IMG/VR virus record: IMGVR_UViG_3300025085_003231
DNA length: 63,156 bases
Reading direction: 5' to 3' (one strand)
DNA from: an uncultured virus (IMG/VR IMGVR_UViG_3300025085_003231)
Lineage: Duplodnaviria > Heunggongvirae > Uroviricota > Caudoviricetes
Shown here: positions 56,451 to 63,156 of the stretch, piece by piece
Layout of the letters: each line of letters opens with the position of its first letter
How positions within the stretch are numbered: the stretch's first letter is position 1
Program-made: the position numbers and the translations under genes
The notes under the pieces: generated by a model
The model's input: the letters and a program-made list of their open reading frames with translations, nothing else
Database searches by the model: none
What the model was told of the DNA's origin: nothing

Positions 56451-56769
56451 AGTAATCTCTTAGTGCGCTTGTTATTTAAAATTTTTGAATGTGATGGGGT
56501 CTACTACACAAATATAGGGATGTAAAACCTCGGCAATACATCTTTCTTTTTTGGGATGTCGGGATTCACGCAAAGCATGAAGCAAACATTTACCCGTGGT
56601 TAATATTCAAATATTATTCAGCCCATGGTATCTGCAAATAACCAATTCGCAGCATGAACTTTAAGCGTCGTTTTCAGAACAATATTGTGCCAATCAATAC
56701 TGCCCTGTCCACTTAATCGCTTGTGTAGTTTCCCTCCACTATTTGGTGGTGGTGCTACCTATTTAAGAT

Positions 56770-57129
56770 TCACATATATGAAAAATCGTCTTGTGGTATG
56801 GGGGCTTGTGTGGGTGAGAGGGTTAGGTTTTGTTGAACAAATTGGTGAACAAAATCTGCCATAAATCTGCGGAGTAGTTGCTCGTTAATTCCTTCCAATG
56901 TTGTTTCTACCCAGTCTACTAATTCCTTAACAATTTTTGCCAATATTCCTATGAATGCTTCTTCATCCATGGCTTCATTGAAGGTCAAATTCTTGAAAAT
57001 AATATCGTGAACTTCTGGCTTGAGCGTTCCTTGATAAGAATCATCATCGTGTGAATAAGTGGTGAATAAGTGTTCCTGAATTTTTGTCAGTTGTCGTTCA
57101 ACCATTGAATCTGGAAGTTTCTCAGTCAT
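56770..57129 (-). CDS. Helical hypothetical protein
   Basis: 119-aa ORF with promoter. Confidence 0.7.
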   Translation of the reverse strand: MTEKLPDSMVERQLTKIQEHLFTTYSHDDDSYQGTLKPEVHDIIFKNLTFNEAMDEEAFIGILAKIVKELVDWVETTLEGINEQLLRRFMADFVHQFVQQNLTLSPTQAPIPQDDFSYM

Positions 57130-57164
57130 AATGAGAAATTCTATTGCTTGCTATATCAATCTTC

Positions 57165-57818
57165 TTACCAAGAGATTCTGACAACACAAGTATCATATTG
57201 GTTGGTCTCAACATTTTTTGCTACGGCTTGAAGTGAACCCTTGCTTCGGGCAACTTGCCAAACCAAGAATGTCAATTCTGAATCTTTGGCGCAATACTCA
57301 ATGACTTCTGAATAATTCCCTGCGTTCCATTCGGCTGGTGCGAATTGTGCTTCCATCAATTTTGATTGAGATTCGCCCAAAACGCCTTTAACGAGTTCTT
57401 GAAGTGAAAATCTGAGTCCGTGGGTCGCATCTTCCAGCCAAACCTGCAAGTCTAAATGTTGTCCAGATTCTTCAAACTGCTGAACGATTTCTGCGACTCC
57501 ACAACCGCCTTCAGAAATTGGCTTGCTAATTATGGGTAAATCAAACTTAGCCCCATTTTTAGTCAAAAGTAAATATCCTTCTGAATACCATTCTTCTAAG
57601 TCATGCTTGAGAGTTTCAAATGATTCAACACGATAGGCAACACGAACTGCTTCAGGAATTTCTGCGAGGTGAGCATAGTTGTAATCATTCTCTGATAAAA
57701 CTCCTGCATCCCAAACGCTGACGCAGGAAACTAACCAACCTTGGGGTTCATTGAATGAAAGGTTGTCGGCGGCCATATCCAAATTCTTGGTTTCAATATC
57801 TAATGCAATTACCTTCAT
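57165..57818 (-). CDS. DEDD/RNase H-like 3'-5' exonuclease
   Basis: ALDIET, NGAKFDLP, YCAKD. Confidence 0.85.
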   Translation of the reverse strand: MKVIALDIETKNLDMAADNLSFNEPQGWLVSCVSVWDAGVLSENDYNYAHLAEIPEAVRVAYRVESFETLKHDLEEWYSEGYLLLTKNGAKFDLPIISKPISEGGCGVAEIVQQFEESGQHLDLQVWLEDATHGLRFSLQELVKGVLGESQSKLMEAQFAPAEWNAGNYSEVIEYCAKDSELTFLVWQVARSKGSLQAVAKNVETNQYDTCVVRISW

Positions 57819-57819
57819 T

Positions 57820-57939
57820 TTAATTCCTCCCTAATATCCTTCGGATTTGCTTAAGTTTGGTTTTCAATTGTCGGTTCTCTCGCTCTAAAGTTTTGACCTT
57901 TAGTTGGAGTCTTTTGTCATGGTCTTTGCGAATATCCAT
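57820..57939 (-). CDS. Coiled-coil micro-protein (39 aa)
   Basis: Hand-translated MDIRKDHDKRLQLKVKTLERENRQLK. Confidence 0.6.
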   Translation of the reverse strand: MDIRKDHDKRLQLKVKTLERENRQLKTKLKQIRRILGRN

Positions 57940-57943
57940 TGAC

Positions 57944-58117
57944 TCACCAAACCTTGTAGGTAATCACGACTGATAATGCTAATGCCATCACTGAGGCTAC
58001 TGTGCGAACAAAGGCCATGGTGTGTTGGTGACGGCCTAAAGAAATATCTTTTTTGGCAAGGGCTTTTTCATACAATCCCCATTTCTCTTCAACAAAATTT
58101 CTTAATTCTTCATCCAT
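57944..58117 (-). CDS. Small tail-anchored protein
   Basis: C-terminal TM. Confidence 0.65.
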   Translation of the reverse strand: MDEELRNFVEEKWGLYEKALAKKDISLGRHQHTMAFVRTVASVMALALSVVITYKVW

Positions 58118-58127
58118 GTTATCGCCT

Positions 58128-58358
58128 CTAATCGTGCTTGTGTTCAATTTTGTGAGTGTGTGGGTGGTGGTGTCCTAAGAAAATAGCACCCAATACCATA
58201 GTGGTTGCTCCAAATGCGGCTAACGATGCAGTCAAATATGCTTCTTCATAGATGGCCGAGCCGAACTCAATAATGTGTAGGAATCCATGAAGAGCCAATG
58301 ATAACTCAACAAGTTTAATTCCTGACTTTTTAAGCCAATCCACTACGGACATACTCAT
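58128..58358 (-). CDS. Small membrane protein with His-rich tail
   Basis: Two TMs; HHHPHTH. Confidence 0.7.
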   Translation of the reverse strand: MSMSVVDWLKKSGIKLVELSLALHGFLHIIEFGSAIYEEAYLTASLAAFGATTMVLGAIFLGHHHPHTHKIEHKHD

Positions 58359-58684
58359 TCCTCAAGAGATTCAAGACCCTCGGTTGAGTCATCTGCTACC
58401 GCAGGTGCTGATTCAAGGATTGCAACATTCTTGAGATTGATGGTGTAGAGTCCTTCGGCTGCATTTAGGACAACCGTAGCCCTCTTCGCCGTTGTTGATT
58501 GAACAAGCCCTGTAAGGGTAGTCCCATCACGGATTTCAAAGGTAACGAGGTCGCCAACATTGACATCCTCGGAAACATCCTTTTCATCAATCAAGTCACG
58601 AATCGCCTTCGCCAATTCTTTTAGTTCGTCTACTTCAAGGTCGCTAATTTGTTCTACTATTTCTACAATTTGTTCTTCTGTCAT
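58355..58684 (-). CDS. Acidic protein with SH3-like barrel
   Basis: VGDLVTF..G.V..T.KRATV. Confidence 0.65.
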   Translation of the reverse strand: MTEEQIVEIVEQISDLEVDELKELAKAIRDLIDEKDVSEDVNVGDLVTFEIRDGTTLTGLVQSTTAKRATVVLNAAEGLYTINLKNVAILESAPAVADDSTEGLESLEE

Positions 58685-58689
58685 TATAA

Positions 58690-58911
58690 TCACTCCATTT
58701 CATTTAGGATATTTTCTGGAATACCGAACCCACGAATGGTGATGGTTCCATCGTTGAATGCTGTTTCAACCATGATGTTATCTCCCATGTATGACTTGAC
58801 CAAATCAAGGGCTGAATCGGTAATTGTCTGTTCCAACGGTGAGTCGGGATTAGACATCTTCAATGCGCTCAAAATTACTTGCCATTCTTCTTGGGTAGGT
58901 GGTGATTCCAT
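58690..58911 (-). CDS. Hypothetical protein
   Basis: Start by promoter spacing. Confidence 0.65.
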   Translation of the reverse strand: MESPPTQEEWQVILSALKMSNPDSPLEQTITDSALDLVKSYMGDNIMVETAFNDGTITIRGFGIPENILNEME

Positions 58912-58942
58912 ATCTACCACTTCTGGCATTACCTATTTAATA

Positions 58943-59110
58943 CTATGGACGCAGGAAGGTAAGACGGCTAATAAGTGTCTTGATTAGTGATGAACTGATT
59001 TCTGCATCACGAGCCTCACAGTAATCATCAATCTGTTTTACTACGCCATCAATAAAGGCGTTCATCTCGTTCGTTCTAAAGCCTGGGGGGTCTTCCAGTG
59101 GCACAGTCAT
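58943..59110 (-). CDS. Micro-protein (55 aa)
   Basis: MTVPLEDPPGFR...; promoter at 59132. Confidence 0.65.
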   Translation of the reverse strand: MTVPLEDPPGFRTNEMNAFIDGVVKQIDDYCEARDAEISSSLIKTLISRLTFLRP

Positions 59111-59143
59111 ACCCATATATTATGGGGATAACCTATTTAAGAA

Positions 59144-59290
59144 TCACTCTTCTGACTCATCAAACTTAACAGGAATCACACAGAGTCGGTGGTCGCAAGT
59201 TCCAAATGTTTGGTCGCCCCAAGCCACAAATCTGCGGAGTGGCACAAAAATCGGGGAGGTAATTTTTCCTATAAGTCGTCGTATCTTCAT
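59144..59290 (-). CDS. Micro-protein (48 aa)
   Basis: MKIRRLIGK...; ATGA-coupled. Confidence 0.5.
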   Translation of the reverse strand: MKIRRLIGKITSPIFVPLRRFVAWGDQTFGTCDHRLCVIPVKFDESEE

Positions 59291-59379
59291 TCTTCTTCAC
59301 CTTGGTTTGAAAGTGTGCAAGCACACACAATTTGGGGAGAGATTATTGATTTGCAGTATTCACATTCAATTATTTCCAT
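59287..59379 (-). CDS. Zn-binding micro-protein (30 aa)
   Basis: CEYC..CAC; SD GAGGTGA. Confidence 0.5.
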   Translation of the reverse strand: MEIIECEYCKSIISPQIVCACTLSNQGEEE

Positions 59380-59383
59380 GTAA

Positions 59384-59605
59384 TCACCTCATTAAGAGAA
59401 AAATTCCTGTGGTAAGCACAATAGCAAGCAGAATTAGCACATATTTTATACTGCCTTTAGGCAGAACAGATTTTGATGATTTAACATCAGCATACCAATT
59501 TTCTTCTTCAGCAGGAGCAACATTAAGTGTGCGATAATAACTGATACCCTCGTAAGTCCAACCGTTGCTTAACAGTTGTTGGTCTGTCCATGCGGAAATG
59601 TCCAT
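59384..59605 (-). CDS. Small tail-anchored protein
   Basis: C-terminal TM. Confidence 0.7.
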   Translation of the reverse strand: MDISAWTDQQLLSNGWTYEGISYYRTLNVAPAEEENWYADVKSSKSVLPKGSIKYVLILLAIVLTTGIFLLMR

Positions 59606-59908
59606 TCACATCACCTGGGGTATGTATGTTTGCTCATCTCTGTCATAGTGGTAAAGTGTGAGGCCAACCATTGCATTAGTCTGCATCCACACCTTTAGGA
59701 ATGAAGTCAAAACAGGAGTCAATCCTGTGATGTAGAGGTTGATTTGTCTAACGCCTGATGAAACCATGGCTTCAATAAAAGAGAGTGATAGTGCTTGATG
59801 CTGCTTAAAGTCCAGTGGATTTTCCACATGGGCATCAAAAATGTATTGGCTAACATTTGGTATTTCGTGTCGTCCAGGCCCACAAAGTCCGCAACTGATT
59901 TCGTCCAT
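59606..59908 (-). CDS. Phage-type hypothetical protein
   Basis: GL..GRHEIP..YIF..LYITGLT..LYHYDR. Confidence 0.75.
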   Translation of the reverse strand: MDEISCGLCGPGRHEIPNVSQYIFDAHVENPLDFKQHQALSLSFIEAMVSSGVRQINLYITGLTPVLTSFLKVWMQTNAMVGLTLYHYDRDEQTYIPQVM

Positions 59909-59930
59909 AAACTCACCTGTGATTCTTCAC

Positions 59931-60074
59931 CTATTTAAGATTTGTCCAATCTATGTGTGGGAACATACATTGAGCGCACATTCTCAAATCATTGACACTT
60001 CCCATTTCATCGGAATATCCTTCTTTGTCACAAACGACACAATAAACCAATCTGGGATTCTCATTCCTCGGCAT
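59931..60074 (-). CDS. Zn-finger micro-protein (47 aa)
   Basis: CVVC..CAQC. Confidence 0.6.
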   Translation of the reverse strand: MPRNENPRLVYCVVCDKEGYSDEMGSVNDLRMCAQCMFPHIDWTNLK

Positions 60075-60402
60075 TTTTAGCATCCTCCTTGGCCTTTTGT
60101 CGTGCCTTGATTTTTTCAGTATTGATAATTGAGATATTCATCAATGTCTTGTTTTTGAGGTTATGAGCCCAACGGAGTTTTTGGGTATCTGATTCGGCTG
60201 CATAATAATGAATGAATTTATGTTTGATGGCTTGGGTAACAACCATGGCTCCACCGTCATAAAGTGTGGTAATGGCGATGGGCTTAAAATCGGACAAGAC
60301 TTTTTCATCAGTTGATTTGACCCAACGGCGTTGAGTAAATCCTGTTACCATTTTCTTAATTGCATTCTTTGATAATTTATCATCTGTGTTGTATTCTTTC
60401 AT
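60061..60402 (-). CDS. Hypothetical protein
   Basis: ATG after GGAGG SD. Confidence 0.65.
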   Translation of the reverse strand: MKEYNTDDKLSKNAIKKMVTGFTQRRWVKSTDEKVLSDFKPIAITTLYDGGAMVVTQAIKHKFIHYYAAESDTQKLRWAHNLKNKTLMNISIINTEKIKARQKAKEDAKNAEE

Positions 60403-60545
60403 TTCAATTCCTCCATTTTGTGCCATGAGCATGAACGGCATTCCCAAAGCAAAATTAGTTCTCCAGCGACTAAACCCTTTTCAACGGTTCGGCGCAATTG
60501 GGATTCACAATCGGGACAATGAGTTATCGGATTCTGTTCACTCAT
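60399..60545 (-). CDS. Zn-ribbon micro-protein (48 aa)
   Basis: CPDC..WECRSCSW. Confidence 0.65.
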   Translation of the reverse strand: MSEQNPITHCPDCESQLRRTVEKGLVAGELILLWECRSCSWHKMEELK

Positions 60546-60569
60546 TTAATCCCTGCTCCCGACACCACT

Positions 60570-61016
60570 TCATTCTTCTTCTGTGATGATTGATTCGCCA
60601 ATTTCTACACCTTCAAAATCGGTGGTGCAGGTTGGGTCAGCGCATTCTGGGTCGGCACATCCATGACTAATTTGCGTTTGGTCAAGAATTGCTTGTGCGG
60701 CTACTTTCGGGTCAATACCTTCGGCAACCATCGCCTGTCGTGCTTTACGAATCTTGGTTTGAACCTTAGCGTGATAGGCTTGATTACGAGCCACTTGAGT
60801 TTGTTCTGCACGAGTGATAGGTCGTCCTCGGGACACTACCTCAATTTTCTGATGAATGCTTCCATCTCCATTGACTCGGATTCTGGGTTGAGGTGTGACG
60901 ATTTCTCCTGCTGCTGAATACTCAGTGCAAGTTCGGCACAGACCTTTGTGGCGATAGATTTGACCATCGTTGCAACCTTCGGCGTTACACTTCCAAAAAG
61001 TTTGTCGCATATTCAT
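60570..61016 (-). CDS. Zn-finger protein with CADPECADP motif
   Basis: CNAEGC..CRTC; HGCADPECADPTC. Confidence 0.75.
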   Translation of the reverse strand: MNMRQTFWKCNAEGCNDGQIYRHKGLCRTCTEYSAAGEIVTPQPRIRVNGDGSIHQKIEVVSRGRPITRAEQTQVARNQAYHAKVQTKIRKARQAMVAEGIDPKVAAQAILDQTQISHGCADPECADPTCTTDFEGVEIGESIITEEE

Positions 61017-61276
61017 TCCTCCTCTTTGCAAGAAGGGTCAGCGCATTCTGGGTCAGCGCATCCTTCATCGTGGACATGAGGCTCAGTGGTGTTAATCTGT
61101 GCATCCATACCAAACAATTCTGGGTGGCTGTCAATGATGTTGTTGAGGGCTGCCCTCATATCAATCAGCGCATCAATAGCCGTAAGCATATCTGTAATAA
61201 TTAGATTTGCTTTTACTTCGGGCGGCAATGCGTGGTATTGTTCTGCTGTCAATTGGGTCGGTTGTGTTGGGTTCAT
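61013..61276 (-). CDS. Small protein with HVHDEGCADPECADPSC tail
   Basis: Coupled ORF. Confidence 0.75.
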   Translation of the reverse strand: MNPTQPTQLTAEQYHALPPEVKANLIITDMLTAIDALIDMRAALNNIIDSHPELFGMDAQINTTEPHVHDEGCADPECADPSCKEEE

Positions 61277-61641
61277 TCTTGTTCCTCCTGTGCTTTTCTA
61301 AAATCCTTCTGGAATTTACCCAGATTCATCTCGGTGTGGATTTCAACACCGTATCCTTCGTCATCACCGATAGAAATCAGTGCGTTGGAATCGTCAATAG
61401 AGAGCAAGAAGTCAAAAATCTCGTCTGGAAGCAATCCTTCCTCAGAATTTTTCTGTGCCTCAATAAGCACATATCCTGCGTCTGTGTAAAATACGCCCTT
61501 GAAAGGCTCTTTTGTGGTTGATGAGAAAAGTCCGTTATCCTCATCTTCAACCTCATATCCACGCTCAACAAAGAAAGCAGAAAATTGCTCCCATGTCAAA
61601 GGGTTGTCTTTGGTAAATGCCAATGCTACTACTTCGCTCAT
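61273..61641 (-). CDS. Acidic hypothetical protein
   Basis: Start by promoter spacing. Confidence 0.7.
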   Translation of the reverse strand: MSEVVALAFTKDNPLTWEQFSAFFVERGYEVEDEDNGLFSSTTKEPFKGVFYTDAGYVLIEAQKNSEEGLLPDEIFDFLLSIDDSNALISIGDDEGYGVEIHTEMNLGKFQKDFRKAQEEQE

Positions 61642-61667
61642 AATATTCATACTCCTGTGTTACCTAT

Positions 61668-61871
61668 TTAAGATTCTGTGGTGTCGGGGTTTGTATCTCC
61701 GATTAGTGTTTTAATTTCTGTGGCTGGAATGCGAATGGTGCTTCTTTTACCTGCACCAATGCGGAGTGCCTTAATCACACCACGCTGAACATAGTTCCTA
61801 ACGGTGGATTCACTTACTCTCAAAAGTTTTGCAACCTCCTTGACAGTATAGAATGTATCTGTTTCGTCCAT
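61668..61871 (-). CDS. Excisionase-family HTH (HTH_17) DNA-binding protein
   Basis: YTVKEVAKLLRVSESTVRNYVQRG.I.A.RIG..IRIP. Confidence 0.9.
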   Translation of the reverse strand: MDETDTFYTVKEVAKLLRVSESTVRNYVQRGVIKALRIGAGKRSTIRIPATEIKTLIGDTNPDTTES

Positions 61872-61905
61872 AATTTATAGGTCTTGTGCTACCTATATAA
61901 GTTTA

Positions 61906-61960
61906 AGCAAATTAACGCAACTAACACAATTAAGCACACATAGCACAATTAGCACAATTG
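61906..61960. repeat. Degenerate tandem repeat (~AGCACAATT)
   Basis: agcaaatt/aacgcaact/aacacaatt/aagcacacat/agcacaatt/agcacaatt. Confidence 0.7.
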
Positions 61961-61963
61961 GGC

Positions 61964-62869
61964 TTATGGCTGCACAATATAGTATTGGTTGAGAGAATTC
62001 TTGCTCACTAATCCCTCACGCCACAATAAATCAAGCACTTGCTTGACTTTCCTTCTGCCTGTGGCATTATTGTAGCCTACGGTGAGTTTGCCTTGTGCGT
62101 TCTTGAGCGTAACCACACCAGTAATTGTGAGTGGACCATCTGCTAAGGACTCATAGACCTTGCGATGAAAATCTGTTTCAAGCACCCTTCCCAAATTTTG
62201 GGTGTGAATGTATCTGTTGTTCAACTTCTTGACCAAACGCTTGGATTGCAAGTAAAGCAGTATCTCATCCCTCATTTTACGATACTTGCCTGAGCGACGA
62301 GTGATATTGAGGATGTCTGATTTAGTTAGCCCTTGAGAGTTGTTTTTCAGAGCCGTAGTAATCTCTGTCATGAACTTGGTGTATGTGCGTCTTTGTCGTG
62401 TCCCAAATTTTGGTTCATCAAATTCCACGCTTGCTTGTGCGAGAGTGTAGTCTTGTGCTATTTGTGGTTTAGCCTCAATCATTTCTTTAGAAGTGAATGG
62501 TGTGCTTTCTGCTTCTTCAATAGACATTCCTGCTTCCAGCCTTGTTTTTATGATGGCTATTTCTGCTAATTTTTCTTGGATGAGGTTGGCTTCTGCTTCC
62601 TTACGAGCGAGACTTTCTGCCTCTTTAGCACGAGCAATAGCCTCAACCTCCATTTCTGCCTCTTGCACAAGAACCTCAATTTCTCCATTACGGATAGCAG
62701 AAATCCTTTCAATCTCCTGCTTAACCACTTGTTCATCAAGCCCAAATTCCTGTGCTAATTTTGACACCCAATGTGCCTGAAATGCCTCATTTGTCAAAAC
62801 AACCTGTTGTTGTGCTGGGGAGAGATGGCTGAACTCAGATTTTATTGCGGTGCTTGGCTCCACTGACAT
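61964..62869 (-). CDS. Coiled-coil protein with putative tandem wHTH C-terminus
   Basis: EA-rich coil; two HTH-like segments. Confidence 0.75.
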   Translation of the reverse strand: MSVEPSTAIKSEFSHLSPAQQQVVLTNEAFQAHWVSKLAQEFGLDEQVVKQEIERISAIRNGEIEVLVQEAEMEVEAIARAKEAESLARKEAEANLIQEKLAEIAIIKTRLEAGMSIEEAESTPFTSKEMIEAKPQIAQDYTLAQASVEFDEPKFGTRQRRTYTKFMTEITTALKNNSQGLTKSDILNITRRSGKYRKMRDEILLYLQSKRLVKKLNNRYIHTQNLGRVLETDFHRKVYESLADGPLTITGVVTLKNAQGKLTVGYNNATGRRKVKQVLDLLWREGLVSKNSLNQYYIVQP

Positions 62870-62925
62870 AGTGTAAATGTATGCTGCTACCTATATGAAA
62901 CTACTTCTGTCTGGGCGGTCAAATT

Positions 62926-62986
62926 TCGGACCAGAATGTCCGAAAACCTGCCGCTGACTGGCAAAAAGTCGGACCAGAATGACCGA
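62926..62986. repeat. Two 18-bp dyad elements TCGGAC-CAGAAT-G(T/A)CCGA
   Basis: 62926-62943 perfect, 62969-62986 one mismatch. Confidence 0.85.
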
Positions 62987-63156
62987 GTATTTGCCGCACA
63001 AATAAAGCAAATAGCGCAGATAGCATGGTTTAGTATCAATTAAGAGAAGGGACAGGATAAAAGTCGGACAACTCGGGGACAGGGCGGCACAAATTCGGAT
63101 TTTAGCGAGGCGGAAACAGTGTTTTTTGAATGCAAACCGACAAACCGACAAAAATG

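Noticed and set aside
61668..61871. Prophage excision module
   Set aside because: No integrase or att/tRNA site visible; HTH_17 proteins are often plain regulators
405..62780. All plus-strand ORFs in the track
   Set aside because: Almost all overlap better-supported minus-strand genes; none has a recognisable motif or the promoter signature
62891..63151. 86-aa minus-strand ORF at window end
   Set aside because: Atypical composition, overlaps dyad repeats; more likely non-coding

Overview
AT-rich window in which essentially every credible gene lies on the minus strand, tightly packed and mostly unassignable from sequence alone. It looks like part of a large archaeal virus or extrachromosomal element. 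A marine euryarchaeal (Poseidoniales/MGII-like) host is my inference from the archaeal-type TBP, PolD DP1, PCNA and ERCC4 nuclease and from the Ca-binding/Cys-rich surface repeats. Recognisable genes: ArsA/Get3-like ATPase, PAP2 phosphatase, HNH nuclease, class II monomeric RNR, PCNA, ERCC4 nuclease, 5'-3' exonuclease, pyruvyl transferase, nucleoside 2-deoxyribosyltransferase-like protein, Fpg, methyltransferase, UvdE, PolD small subunit, TBP, DEDD exonuclease and an excisionase-type HTH. No capsid, terminase, portal, tRNA, rRNA or CRISPR array could be recognised. Features not in the ORF track: (1) more than 40 TATA-box promoters, mostly at a near-fixed 20-nt spacing from leaderless ATGs, in two classes (TTAAATAGG vs TTxAATAGC/TAAC/TAGT) that separate DNA-metabolism genes from membrane/structural-like genes; (2) a recurring Phe/Tyr/Arg-x-Ala-Glu/Pro motif at domain boundaries of second-class proteins (possible maturation cleavage site); (3) a shared C-terminal IINY..PQ tag on six otherwise dissimilar proteins; (4) a Get3-like ATPase next to tail-anchored Cys-rich proteins; (5) a promoter-driven ~100-nt ncRNA candidate; (6) many sub-60-aa micro-ORFs.
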